A DNA stretch of 63,911 nucleotides, the filler included, from Octopus bimaculoides (lineage: Eukaryota): assembly GCF_001194135.2 (NCBI RefSeq). It is 8 parts of 7 records of this genome, joined end to end, with 100 filler letters (N's around TTAATTAATTAA, not from the genome) between each part and the next. Parts side by side here need not be neighbours in the genome. Positions count along the whole stretch, not along the records: positions 1 to 20,037 come from NC_068998.1; 7 more parts are not named here. One strand, given 5' to 3'. The position numbers were made by a program, and so were the translations under genes. Of the stretch, positions 1 to 13,075 are shown piece after piece. The notes beneath the pieces were generated by a model. It had not been told where the DNA came from. It searched no databases and worked only from the letters and a program-made list of their open reading frames with translations. How positions within the stretch are numbered: the stretch's first letter is position 1; every line of letters begins with the position of its first letter.

Positions 1-34
<34 letters not shown>

Positions 35-35
35 A

Positions 36-188
36 GACAGCGAGTTAGCAGAAATGCTAACACACTAAGTGAAATGCTTAGCAGTATTTTGTCTGTCTTT
101 ATGTTCTGAGTTCAAATTCCACTGAGGTCGATCTAATTGACTAGCCCTCTCCCTGAAAATTTCGGGCTTTGTTCCTAGAGTAGAGAAG

Positions 189-190
<2 letters not shown>
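36..190 (+). mobile_element. tRNA-derived SINE (Nin-domain-like family), internally deleted
   Basis: Head TTAGCAGAAATG (box A-like) ... GTTCAAATTCC (box B); same family as the 13.6-14.9 kb array. Confidence 0.75.
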
Positions 191-222
<32 letters not shown>

Positions 223-319
223 CGCAGGTGCTCCAGCATGACCACAGTCAAATGAAACAAGTAAAAGAGGAAACGAGTAAAAGAATATATGAAGGGCTTT
301 CCCATCGAAGATGTTGTAT

Positions 320-565
320 GAATGTTCAGTTTTTCTCAAACGACCTGCACAAATGCTATGTTTATTGTCATCAAATATGTGTGCTGTACATTAGCTCACT
401 TCCTCCATTAAATTGGTGTTGCCTGAATAGATGCATAGTGTATCATGTGTCAGGCGTCGATGTGACCACAGAGCAACGAGAGATGAAGTGTTTTGCTCAA
501 GAACACAATACACCACCCGGTCTAGGAAGTGAAACCATGATCTAGGCCATCTGCTTAGTGGTTTC
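320..565 (-). mobile_element. tRNA-derived SINE with V-domain-like core, degenerate
   Basis: Shares GAGATGAAGTGTTTTGCTCAAGAACACAA with the copy at 52978-53290. Confidence 0.6.
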
Positions 566-759
566 GTGTGTGTGTGTGTGTGTCTGTGTGTGTGTATTTC
601 TATGTACATACTTATATCATCAAAAGGGGTAGAGATAACATATCCTGCATAAGTTGGGAGAGGTAAGAGGGGGACGAAAAGAGCAAGGATGAACAGCAGC
701 ATAGTAATGTTGATACAGTAAACCAGGGAAGATAAGAGAAAGATAACATATTGTTGACA

Positions 760-1010
760 GGTCTTCTCAAGAACTGCACATCACCAGTCATTCCAGTAAT
801 TTGTCATCTCCTCCATGAATGAGACATAAACTCCTGAAACCAGCCTTTACACTTTATCTCATGTCTTCCTGAGTCTTCCTCTTCTGTACACTCCATCCAC
901 ATTAAATACTCAGTTCTTTTTTATGCAGCTGACCTCATCCAAATGCATCACATGTCCATACCAGCAGTCTTCTTCCAAGTACACTACATTTGGGTTCTTT
1001 TTTGCCTAGC
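760..1010 (-). mobile_element. RTE-clade LINE 3' ORF remnant
   Basis: Minus strand translates with stops as GHVMHLDEVSCIKKN...GVYRRGRLRKT, resembling the RTE C-terminal WxGHVxRM...GRGRPRKTW motif. Confidence 0.6.
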
Positions 1011-1079
1011 TTTTCTCTTAGTGCATTTATGCTATGTTGTGCATGAACACTTCTATTGCTCAACCAACAGAGCATCGTC

Positions 1080-1300
1080 ATCATTGTCGTCGTCATCATC
1101 ATCATCATCAACATTTAATGTCTACTTTCCATGCTGGCATGGGTTGGATGGCTTGGTTTCTATGGCTGGATGCCCTTCCGAATGCTAACCACCTTACAGA
1201 GTGTACTGGGTGCTTTTTACATAGCACTATCACCAGTGCTTTTTATGTGGCATCAGCATCCACACCAAGGCTTCTTACATGGCATTTTGGTTTTAGGATC
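1080..1300 (-). mobile_element. RTE-related 3' UTR/tail repeat with (ATG)n tail
   Basis: TTTCCATGCTGGCATGGGTTGG...GCTGGATGCCCTTCC also occurs at 34111-34460 and 36950-37110. Confidence 0.6.
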
Positions 1301-1587
1301 TCAATTCTTGTGTTGTAGGTGCACTTGCTTTATTTTTTCCCCAATTTTTTCAAGTCTTCTGTATTCAAGGTCCATATCTCACTACCGTTGCTCACAACAT
1401 ATGTATTGAACATGAAGGATTGCTTGGAGACATAAGACATGTTATATTAGTCTGCCAAATTATTGTTTCCACAGCAAGCAACTATTAGCTGCTCATATTT
1501 GAATACTGTGTATTTTAAATTATATTCATCTCTCACTAGATGTGTACTTTTGTCATTGATCCTACCTATAATGGAACAATAAACTAC

Positions 1588-1630
<43 letters not shown>

Positions 1631-4319
1631 AAGATATATATATATATATATATACATATATATGTGGATGTTAAATGTTGGTAGTATATATGTATGTATG
1701 TAGGTAGGTAGGCAGGTACATGTGTATGTCAGACAGGTTTCCACACAGTTTACTAAATTTTAAGCTCATAGCATTGGTTAACTTGGTTAGAATGCATGTA
1801 CCTAAAGTACCATACACTAAACCGAAACAAAGAACCATATAGTTATTAAGTGAACTTTGTAACCATACAGCTATGCTTGAGTTTCTCAAAACAGATATAT
1901 GTGTTGTTTTATCATGTTTTAAATACCTTGCACACATACACACACATACACACACATACACACACATACACACATACACACACATACACACATACACACT
2001 CTCTTAATTTTAAGACAGTCTTTTTTACTTGTTGATAAGATGTAAAGAAATTAAATGGAATTGCCTGTACATATAAGTATGTGTATGTGAAAGCATATAT
2101 ATGTCCATGTTTATTTACACACACACACATACTTACACACATTCACACACAAACAAACACATGCACACACACACACACACACACACAAAGATACATGTAT
2201 ATAAAAGTATGTTATACATACGCATATGTACACATATTTATATATATATATCTATTCAATTCCATTCAATTTGTTCAAATCTAAACAAGAATACTTTTGC
2301 CCAACTGAGCAACTGGTCCAATTATACAAAGATTTTATGTTAAGAATTAAGGAGAGATAATGCCAGAAGCAAACTTTTGTTTACTGAGCAAGAAAACACT
2401 TAGAAACAATATATATTTGGACAAGAATATTTTCTCAAAAAACATTTCGCATATTTACAAATCTTACAAATATTTAATTTAATGATAAAGAAGGAATTTA
2501 TTATTTGTAACAGCTGTAGTTCCCAAATATTATCATTTCCCCCATCAGCCATGTCTAACATCTTCATACATAAATATATACAAACTAGCAAGAATGAAGC
2601 AGTTCTGAAAAGCCTGGCTAATTTCTCACCAATGCTGACGAACTTGCTTGTAAAAGTTGAAACCTGTTAAGAATCTCTCGAGTTGATGAGAATAATGCTG
2701 GAAGATTTTCTTCAATTGCTTCAAGGATATAATTTGTTGTTTGATTCATGGATGTACCAAACATATTATTATGATAAACATAGGAACAATCATATTGTCT
2801 TAACATTCATTGTAGTTTCATGTCTCAGTTTATTTGCCAGTTGTTTAAAATATGTTACCATAGCATTCTTGTTAGCAAAATTGACAACTTGTAAATTAAC
2901 GACTTCATGTTCTCTTAAGGCATCAAATCTTAATGCATCTCTCAATATATAATAACTCCTATTTAGTACTGTATGATATATTTCACGAACATAGCACATT
3001 TATGTTGACCTGCGTTTTCATGACATTTTGTGACATTTTAAAACAAACTGTCTACATGTCATCTAGATGGCATTCTTGATGTCATTTTATGGCACTTTGT
3101 TGATGTCATCTAAATCAAAGGTTCTCAACCCATTTTGCCAAAGGACCCCTTTTGACATATTTCTATTTTTCAATACACTACTTATTTTGATATCAGCAGA
3201 TAATGATAAAAAAATAAAGGATGTCGTTTTACATATGCACTTGTATGCAGTCAGGAGTACAGATGTACAAATTGAAATGCAAAACAAGCTGAAATAATGA
3301 ATTGAAAGTTTGGTAATTGCATTTATTTCCACCATGTGACACTTATGAGATCAATGTGTTGTCTATCGAAAGAATGATCTTTGGTATAAGTAAATGTTGA
3401 TGAAATCATTTCAACCCTTTCCCTTATCAAAATAGCTATATGCTCAAGAAAGTGAGTGTATTTGGTAGAAATTGTTGAAATACATATGTACTTCATATGA
3501 GCAACAAATTGTGGAGGATGGTATTCACTGTACTTGGATCTAGTTAGTTTGAGTCACAAAATCAGCCCCCTTTTAAAATGACGTAAAAAATCTGAAAATT
3601 TGTCATACTAAACATTCATTTCTTATCCAGGATCTGGTTTGTTTCATTCACAAAATCTGCATTTTTCAAAAGGAAGTAGAAAATCTGACAATTGGTTATC
3701 TTGATGCAGTTTACCATGCTTATTTCTATGAAGCCATGAACTTCTGGAAGAAAAATTTGACACAAACAAATTTTTTTTTTTTTTAATTCGGTGTTTTAAA
3801 ATATGGACAGTCTGAATCTACCATCCGTTTCTCTTTATAACGACTTCCAAATAATTTTTTGAATACTTCAAAATCAAAATTGCGTAAATATGTGTGCCAG
3901 AAACAGTAGTTAAAAATTAAGGAAATAGATTTTTGGGAGATCTCTTATTATGACTGACTTTTATTCCATTATTCTAATACCTTCTGAAACTAAATACATA
4001 TACATGCATAAATGCATACAGAAACATACAAATATATACACAGACATATATTTTTACAGAGTTTTATATACATCCTTGTATATATAAAAATATTTTGGCA
4101 TATCTACACAATTGTGACCCAAAGATTTGCTTCTTCATAACCTTAAGAAAATTAAATATTTCTTTTCTACAAATATGCTTCAGATCATGTAGATTCCGAT
4201 GGAATTGGAATTAATTGTGAAAACCGTTTGTGAAGAGGAGTTTTAGAAAATTCACATCATTAGGTTTTGTTGTGTGTATATATATGTATTGTTTTAATTA
4301 TATCTTTATACATGCGCAT

Positions 4320-4531
4320 GCACGCATAAAAAACTGGCACACCATCGGTTACGATACTCACAAGTATCCAAAACTTCTTCACCACTCTGACAACTTCATT
4401 TTCCCTCTTAAAAAGAAGGCTTTCATCTACTTGGACTATATGTTGTACCACTGCACGGCTGTCAGTCTGCTAATATTGCTGATGGACATGCAGCATGTCA
4501 CTGGCATTTCACATATAAAGTCCAGGATTAT
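4320..4531 (-). mobile_element. Merlin (ISXO2/IS1595-like) transposase fragment, frameshifted
   Basis: ...ISRLTAVQWYN, then in another frame HIVQVDESLLFKRENEVVRVVKKFWI; resembles the Merlin consensus TxVDWYN...IVEIDESKFGKRKYNRGR...WVFG. Confidence 0.7.
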
Positions 4532-4841
4532 GTGAAAAAGTGTGAACACCGTCAATTGACTTTCTTCCATAAAAGTATTTAAGAATTATATGGAAATTAT
4601 AAAGAGAAATGAATGGTAGATTTGGACTGTCCGTATTTTAAAAAGACAAATTTAAAAAAGAAAAGAATGGTTGAGATGGGAGTTTTTTTGGTTTTTTTTT
4701 TGGGGGGGGCACAATCATATCAATTCCATTATGCAGAAGATTGAATCGAAAAAACTTTGTAAAAATTCGTAAAATCACAGAAGTTATGAGGGGTTTTATC
4801 ACATGCTTACATTATAATTCCACCCATTCATATATGCATAT

Positions 4842-5870
4842 ATAACTACAGATTTCTGTGTCCTCCCACCGACTATGGATGATTATAACTTTCAGAAAAT
4901 GGATAATTTTTAATAAAATGTTCTACGAATATGTGTTATAGCATGTAGATTCTGAATATATAAAATTTTGGGAGGAAAGTGTTTTAAGAGGGGTATTTCC
5001 GAAAAATTCACTGGAGTCCACTTCAATTCATCTTAACTTTCAAGAAAATGGATATTTTTTAATGAAATTCTCTATGAATATACCTGCGACTATGTAGATT
5101 CCAAGGACATAGGAATTTTAGAGGAAAATAATTGGGGGTTATTTTTGAGAACCATTCCCCACTTTGAGAACCATTCCTCCATTTTGTGTGTTTGTGCATC
5201 TGTAGATTTCTACCACACACACACGCACGCACGCACGCACACACAAGTAATTAAAAAAGTTCAATCAGGGACTTATTCAATTTAATATCATGTTTATTAT
5301 AGAGATTATGCAACAAATTATACTTTGAACTTCTATATTTAACTGTGCGTGTATGTTCCTTAGTTTTGCTTCTGGTGTCCTCTGCCTTTCTATTAGAAAT
5401 GTTTACCTGGGAATTTACTTAAAGTAAAAAAAAATCGTATGCAACAGATAAGTCGTCTTAATGACATATTTCTGTTTACCAGACCTTTAGCTTTATTTTT
5501 AGCATAACGAGATTTTCTGGTGAGGGCTTCATTTGCCTTCATTGCTTGTTTGTTACTTCTGTAGAAATCTACGGATGCACAAATGCAGAAAACGGAGAAA
5601 ATGAAAGAAATATGGACAACTTGTTCCGAAACACCCCTATCCATTTTCTTGACAGTTAAGATGAACTGAAGTGGACTCTGGTGATTTTTTGGAAATTCCC
5701 CACCTCACTCCCTCCTTAAACACTTTCCCCCCCAAAAAAATTTTGTATATTCGGAATCTACATGATATAAAACATATTCATAGAAAAATTCATTAAAAAT
5801 ATCCCTTTTTCTGAAAGTTATGATCATCCAAAGTCAGAGGTAGGGGAGGGACACAGAATTCTGTAGTTAT
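4842..5870. repeat. Foldback pair of diverged ~210-230 bp inverted repeats (4842-5052 and 5639-5870)
   Basis: CTGGAGTCCACTTCAATTCATCTTAACTTTCAAGAAAATGG is the near reverse complement of CCATTTTCTTGACAGTTAAGATGAACTGAAGTGGACTCTGG. Confidence 0.85.
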
Positions 5871-7318
5871 GCCATATATATGTATATACATATATATATA
5901 TACATACTATGCTCTTGTTAGTATTAAGGAAAGGGAAAATGTTTACTCCTCTCCATCATTACGATTAAAATTAATATTTTTGATTTTGTTCGCTTCTATG
6001 AATTTAATATTTTTTTAATGCTTCTGTCCATTGTGTGACACAGGTAACTGGAAAATCCTGACCAAAACAGAGAAATTCTAACTTAACAAAAAATATAGAA
6101 AGAGAAAGAAAAGGTTCTGTTTTCCAAAAGCCAAAAAATGTTTTTAGCTGAGGTGTAATTTTATAATTAAAACAAATTCAAAATTAAAATTTCAAAACAT
6201 GACTTAGCATGTTATCTTGTGTATGGTCCCAGTTCAAATGGGTACCAAAAACTTAAAACAAATGTGTGTGCATGTGTGTGTTTGGCTCTTTAATAGCCAC
6301 GGGTCAGTTTAAGTTCAATCGCATAAAGGAATTCAAAACGGCATCACACGCAGTCATATTCATACAAACATACCCATACGTACACACACATACACAAATA
6401 CATACCTATCAGCCGCTCCCAAAAGCCAGTTTGTTCATTCCAAAATTTTGGTGACCATTCTTTATATATTTGCACACATACACACTCATTTAGCTTTTCG
6501 CTTTTATTCATGACTTTTTTCTTGTTGCCGTCTTGTTTTTAGTTGTCTGTTTTTTTTTTTGTTTTTGTTTTTGTTTTGGGATTTTCACTTTAGCAACACA
6601 AGTTACACATGGTACCAGGAATTTGCTTGGTGTCGCTATAGTGGAAAAAGTGGTTTAAGTTTTTGAAAATTTGAAACTAAAAGACATAGTTTTTTTGAAC
6701 TGACTGTCACAGAGATGTGAAAATATGGCCGCTCCTCATTAATTTCAAATTAAACTTACCACAGTCGAGGATCTACCACGCATCCTAGTGCCTCCAAGTC
6801 TTTTAATGCCACCCCTAGTGCTCCTTTGCTCCTGGCCTCTGTTGAGAACCTTTAATCTAAATGGTTTTTAGTCAGTATAGTAGTTGTCATCTACAGCAAT
6901 TTAAAACAAACATTCTTCATGTGACACTTAAGCAGCTAGCATGACAGATTCTTGGTGGCATTCTAAGAATCATCTGTACCTCTTTAAAACTGATTACCTA
7001 AATATTGTCTAGAGAGTTTTCTACATAGCATTTTAAATGTAATCTGTAACACATTAAATCAAGTCTTCTAGAATTCAATGTACATGACTTGTCATATTCT
7101 AGAGAAGTCAGTAAACCTTGAATTATTTATCATTTTGTAATGACTTCCATTTGATATGTCACATGTGTGACATCCAATAGTAACTGACTCAATTAAATGG
7201 CAAAGTGTCTCCAATAAGCGATGCACGTTGTGATAATTATTTATTTATTTGTATTTGAATTAATAAAGGCTTGAAAATTGATTATCTGCCTGGAATATAG
7301 TGTGTTGTGTGTGTGTGT

Positions 7319-7361
<43 letters not shown>

Positions 7362-9299
7362 TGAGTCTTCTAAAAGTCCATAAGTCAGTTGCCATATTCC
7401 CTTCCATATTGGCTAATTCTGATGAGAGTGAGGTTATATAATCGAATGGTTACCTAGCACTCCATTGTATTCCTAGCATGGAACTGATTGGTAAGATCAG
7501 CTGTGATGGATATATAATACTTTACATTTTGGATAATATATTATAGTAAAAAAGAATTTTGATGAGATTTTCCCCAAATAGTGAGCTGTAGTGAAAAAAA
7601 ATTTATAGAGGGAAAATTCACACAGTTTATACATTTTCGATTTTTTTAAAGGATGCTTGTTTGTATGTATATATATGTATGTGTGTATACATGCACACAT
7701 GTGCGTGCACACACACACACATGCATATATACATGCATGATGGCTTCATCTGTATTCCAAACCAATGCCATTGCTTGACTGTTCTCTTAAAGCAGTATGA
7801 ATGTGGCTTTTCAGTCTTGCTAGGGACCTATACTCTTTTGCTCAGATATGACAATAATGGGTGCCTCTCGCAGCAGGTGTTCAGAGAGCTTACCACTCAT
7901 GCTAACTCGTGCTTTCATTCCATCATGGAATTTTTTCATTGAATGTTTTGCCTTTTTCAGCTACAATAAGGCATAGTATGCCAAACATTATAGAGATGCA
8001 AAAATCAAGCAATATCTGTGATGAAAGGCTTTGCACAGTATCATTTCTGTTCTGTAAATAACGCATGCCTTTACCCCAAACAAAGAACTAGTCTACACAC
8101 ATCCATGCATACATACATACATACATACATACATACATACATACATGCAAGCATGCATACTTTCTTTCTCTCTCACATATTCTTACTCACACAGAAAGCT
8201 CATGTGAGAGAATAACATGGTGATTTTGCAAAATGAATATTTGCATCTGAATTATCATTACATATTTGCTTTCTCCTTCAACATGCCTTTCAACCACAAT
8301 ATGTAGTGGAAGTGTAAATACTTGTTGTGTAATTAGTTTATACACACAACGCTACTTGGTACACACCGACATTGGTACATATCATCATTTTTTTTTTCTA
8401 TGTAATCTTTCGACCAGCCTGAAATAGCACACAAATCTCCCTCACTTTATACTTTACTTTCTTTTTTAAAAAAAACTGACACACTGCTTCAAGATGAAAT
8501 GGTCATGGTGGGAGTAAATGTCTTTGAACCTTATTCTGCTTATTCAGATTTTATGTAAGACTAAACCGTAACAAAATTATTTATTACTTTATGAATAAGA
8601 ATTACTCTCCTTACTCATAGAAGAAATTTTGGTGAAGAGGTGTAATCAATTTAATACCATCCCTTGGTACTTGACTATTGCTGATTCTGTCATCTGATTC
8701 AGTCATAATTTATTTTATTTTAAATCAATCAACGTATATAATGTGTATGTATTTATATGAATACAGGTATTGTATTTTTTCTTTATTCAAATAGGCGAGA
8801 CTATTGGTTATTTACTATCACTAGTAGCATTACACCACTGACATACTAATGCCACTATTCACTGTCTTACACTAGCTTTCAGTAGTTCTTAAAGTATTGC
8901 TTTATCAAGTGCTATAACTTCCAGAATCTTTTGGATTTTTATGGCTCTGAGATTTTGTCTGCTTATCAAAAATATCCAAGTTCTGTAAGAAAGATGAATG
9001 TGTTGCTATCATCAAGGGATGCTGGTCAAACATTACTTCCATACATTGAATTTAGTTTCACACATTGAATACAGTTTCATAGATTCAATGAAGTTCCATA
9101 GATTGAAATACTGTTCTATGGCTGAGGAATTTCTCTTTCACTAAATCTGATTACCATTCTCCATTGGTCTGTCTGTACTGTTTCTATTTCTTTCAGAATG
9201 TACATATTTCAACCAACTTCTTCAACTCTGTCCCCTTCTTTGTCTGTCTGTCTCTCTTTCTCTCTCTCATACACACACACACACACACACATGTATATA

Positions 9300-9860
9300 G
9301 ACAGGAGTCGGCATGTTTGGTAAAAAGTTTGCTTCCCAACTGCACAGTTTAGAGTTTAGTTCCATTCCATGGCAATTTGGGAAAGTGTCTTCTACTATAG
9401 CTTCGGGTTGACCTGAATGGGTTTGGTTGTTGTTGGCACTCCGTCGCTTACGACGTCGAGGGTTCCAGTTGATCCAATCAACGGAACAGCCTGCTCGTGA
9501 AATTAACGTGCAAGTGGCTGAGCACTCCACAGACACATGTACCCTTAACGTAGTTCCCGGGGATATTCAGCATGACACAGTGTGACAAGGCTGGCCCTTT
9601 GAAAAACAGGTACAACAGAAACAGGAAGAAAGAGTGAGAGAAAGTTGTGGTGAAAGAGTACAGCAGGGTTTGCCACCACCCCCTGTCGGAGCCTCGTGGT
9701 GCTTTAGGTGTTTTTGCTCAATAAACACTCACAATGCCTGGTCTGGGAATCGAAACCGCAATCCTACGACCGCGAGTCTGTTGCCCTAACCGCTAGGCCA
9801 TTGTGCCTCCACTTATGGGTTTGGTAGACAGAAACTAAAGGAAGTACACAGATGTATATA
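9300..9860 (+). mobile_element. tRNA-SINE (Meta/MESC-like core) interrupted by a second SINE
   Basis: GGGAAAGTGTCTTCTACTATAGC lies left of the insert and TTTGGTAGACAGAAACT resumes right of it. Confidence 0.75.
9422..9810 (-). mobile_element. tRNA-derived SINE (OR-like family), full length
   Basis: Diverged reverse complement of 26490-26865; (ACA)n tail; ATGGGTTTGGT duplicated on both sides. Confidence 0.85.
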
Positions 9861-10094
9861 TATATATATATATATATTCAAAATAAGCAACACGGATTTC
9901 AAAGGTGATTGCAGTACGCACGTTTCATGCTACCCCATTTATTTAAGTAATGCGAGCATTACATTAAATGCAATATGAAGAGCAATCTTCAGCTGCACGG
10001 AAATGCAGAAAATAACAGTAGAATAGACATTATAATTGTGGCAACATTTCAAATCCAAGTGGGAGAAAGAATACATAAAAATCCATATATATAT

Positions 10095-10330
10095 AAATCT
10101 ATGTTTGTGTATCATTGTGTTTGTATTTGTCTCCCACCACTGTTTGACAACTGGTGCTGGTGTGTTTATGTCCCTGCAATTTAGCAGTTTGGCAGAAGAG
10201 ACTGCTATCACATCTCAGATGTTCCACTGGGTTAAAGGTGAGAGGGCCAAGTGGTATCTATGTTTGTTTGTTACTATGTAGGCACCTAAAGCAACTAGCG
10301 AAAGCTTGGTACATGCTACCAAGCCATGCT
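10095..10330 (+). mobile_element. 3' half of Meta/MESC-like SINE, degenerate
   Basis: TTGACAACTGGTGCTGGTGTGTTTATGTCCC...TTAGCAGTTTGGCAGAAGAGAC family motif. Confidence 0.6.
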
Positions 10331-10699
10331 CAATTGCATATACACTGTAGTAGTAGTAGTAGTGTTGTATTATTGTAGTTTGCGTTTTACATGACAGTAT
10401 CATGTGACCCAATCCAGTGGTCATGCGATGAAGACTAGGCTGCTAGATATGTGATGCATGTGACTGCAGTTTTATTTTGTTATTCAGTTCAGGCCAGTGG
10501 AAGCAAGGGGACTTGAGTCTATTGTTTTATTTTGATAAACACTTTGCTTTGTGACTACTTTAATGTTCTTGAACAAGCCCTCCCCCTTTCTGGGAAAATA
10601 TAGACATACAGTCTATTTGGCAATAATAATTTTCATTAATTGATGATATAACAAAGGTGTTAGCAATAGGATGTTAGGATATAGAAAATTAATGCTGTC

Positions 10700-12860
10700 T
10701 GATCTCAATTTGACTGGTTAAGATGTCTATTAGCAAGCCTCTGCTAGAACAAAGAAGCTCAAAAGCTCTAATGATAGTAAAGTAATAACTGATCTCTTCT
10801 TATCTAAAGCAAGGACTGAGAATATTAGAAGTGTCTTTGTGATGGGGTACCCTGATATGCTGGAGAAAATGAACTTCCCGGAGATTATAATGTCCTCAAT
10901 GAGACCAAAGCAGAAGATTATTATTGTTGAAAGGCATATTTTCTGACTTTGAAGCAAAACTCACTGGAGTTAATACCATGATGTAATGAAAGATTATATT
11001 AATGGTTGTTTTTATGTTCATTTAAGATAAAAACAATTTTACATTAATCTGATAGTTTTTGGAACGTAACACTCGTGATAGTCGAGGGATTATTGTATGT
11101 TCTGATTCTCAGCCTACGTCAGATACTGAGACAGAATCACACAGAATTTGACAGGTTTGAAATATTTTGCAAAGACTGGTTTGGTTTGAGTTAGCCATCA
11201 AATCCTAAGTTCTGTTAAAGCTCAGGAAGTAACAACGGTGAATACTCCCCTTGGATTCAGGTATCAGATGCATTGCCATACTGTATAAAAACAGTAAGCA
11301 CTGTATTTCTGTGTGCCATGAAAAATACATTAGATGTCACCACTATAACTGTTTTAGATATCACTGTTTAACTAATTTGGTAAAATGACATTTGCTTTGA
11401 TGGTTGCACCACTGATAACCTGGAACACATAGTTAAAGGAATTTTGTAAGAAACTCACCTCCCATCATATGGCTACTAATGACATGAGGAATATCTTTTG
11501 TACTGAAGATTTGACCTTTCTAGGATATAATATCTCCAAACAGGGTATTCAACCAAAGGATACATTTCTGAAGAAAATATTGGAAGTAATATTCCCAGAG
11601 AGCAGAAAAGAACTGGAATCACTTTAAGAAATAGCTAATAGACATTGCAACTCGTGTTGTAACTACACTGTCTTATACTCATCCATAGTGTATGAAATTG
11701 TCTTGTTGTTAATGTCACCTTCCTCCTTCTACTCCTCCTCCAACAGTTTGCTAGTGTCACGTTCCTGGTGATATGTGTTTACTGTCTATGTGGATCTCTC
11801 AGACTAAAAACATTAAAGACAAAATATTTGTATTTGGGAGGTGTCATAAGAGACCAAAACAACAGCATTAATCTTAAGAAGTGCTCTAGACAAGAGAAAT
11901 TTTGTTGAAGGGTATTTTCCTAGTCAGAATTGAATGTACTTCTAAATTTGACTGAACAATAGACAAAGGACTCAAGCAACTTGCCAATCAAATCATACCA
12001 AATCATTTATCAAAAGTAGACAATGTAGGTGTTAGAAGTTACTTAGTGCATACAATGGCACAAGTAATACCTAAGAATAATTAATATAGATTGAAAAAAG
12101 AACTGTTACCATTGAGTTTGTGATCAATGAGAATGTAGATTAAGGAAGCAAACAGATTTTTAAGCAATTGATTACTAAAACAACAATGATGCAAAGAGGT
12201 AAGAAAAGATAAGAAATAAGTTGTAAAGTATTTGAATTATAGAAAGATAGCTCTATACTGTATGTAATCAAGATAGGAAGTTATGTAAGGAGAACTCATT
12301 AGATAAATTAAGATATAGAAAAATAGTATTAGTGAAGTAGAAAAATAAGGACCAATTTATGGTCACTGAGAATGGAATCAATGTCTATTATGAATGGAAG
12401 ACAGCCAAACAGCTAACTGATAAGTTTGTTGAACTGGTTTGTAAGAAAAGGTAGTCATAAAAGCAAGTTTAGATATGATTGAGTAAGATTGTTGAGAAGT
12501 TTGGAAAAAGAAATATTTAGGACATATTGGTGAAAAGAACTTTTACCTACACCAAAGATTGTTTCCAGGAATATTGGGATTGAGGAGAATTAAACTCTAC
12601 ATGGAAACCAAACTGGAAGCATGTTAAAAAATTATAACTAACCTCATAATGCTGGGAGCTAAATTAGATTGAATCAGTTCTTGTATGTTAATAGTATTTA
12701 TACTTCAAATTACGGGAGAATAAAAGGCAATGGTATCTTCTGTCTCCAAGGTGTGAAAGAATTTAAATTCAGAATAGTGGTAATGAACTTTAGAAAGATG
12801 AATGCAGTCGGCAAAATTAACCCTACCACTAGATTATTAGTTATTTTATTGAGCCTGAAA
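10700..12860 (+). mobile_element. Ty3/Gypsy LTR-retrotransposon pol remnant, heavily decayed
   Basis: RT motifs AQEVTTVNTPLG (~11220) and LTFLGYNISKQGIQPKDTFLKKILEVIFPESRKELESL (~11510-11620); many stops; no LTR pair found. Confidence 0.7.
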
Positions 12861-12899
12861 TATTGGTTTCAAATTTTGATACAAGGCCAGCTATTTCTT

Positions 12900-13075
12900 A
12901 GCAGGGGGTAAGTTTATTATATTGGCTGCAATACTTGATTATTACTGGAGTTGATGTAATCGACTGAGATGTTGAAAGGCAAAGTTGACCTTAGCAAAAT
13001 TTGAACTCAGAACATAAAGATGGACAAAATGCCATGAAGCACTATGCCCAGAATGCTAAGAATTCTGCCTGCTAA
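12900..13075 (-). mobile_element. Nin-domain-like SINE, degenerate
   Basis: AAAGGCAAAGTTGACCTTAGCAAAATTTGAACTCAGAAC. Confidence 0.7.

Larger units (their letters stand above)
3116..6854. mobile_element. Non-autonomous hAT (Charlie/Buster-like) element with internal cargo
   Basis: TIRs CAAAGGTTCTCAAC (3116-3129) and GTTGAGAACCTTTA (6841-6854), 13/14 match; perfect 8-bp TSD ATCTAAAT at 3108-3115 and 6855-6862. Confidence 0.85.

Noticed and set aside
2635-2670. CTGACGA...GAAAC-CT-GTT hammerhead-like string
   Set aside because: Helix I cannot form and there is no PLE context; likely chance
2400-3000. Protein-looking minus-strand ORFs (e.g. NYILEAIEENLPALFSSTREIL)
   Set aside because: Multiple stops between segments, no recognisable family and no convincing splice pairs
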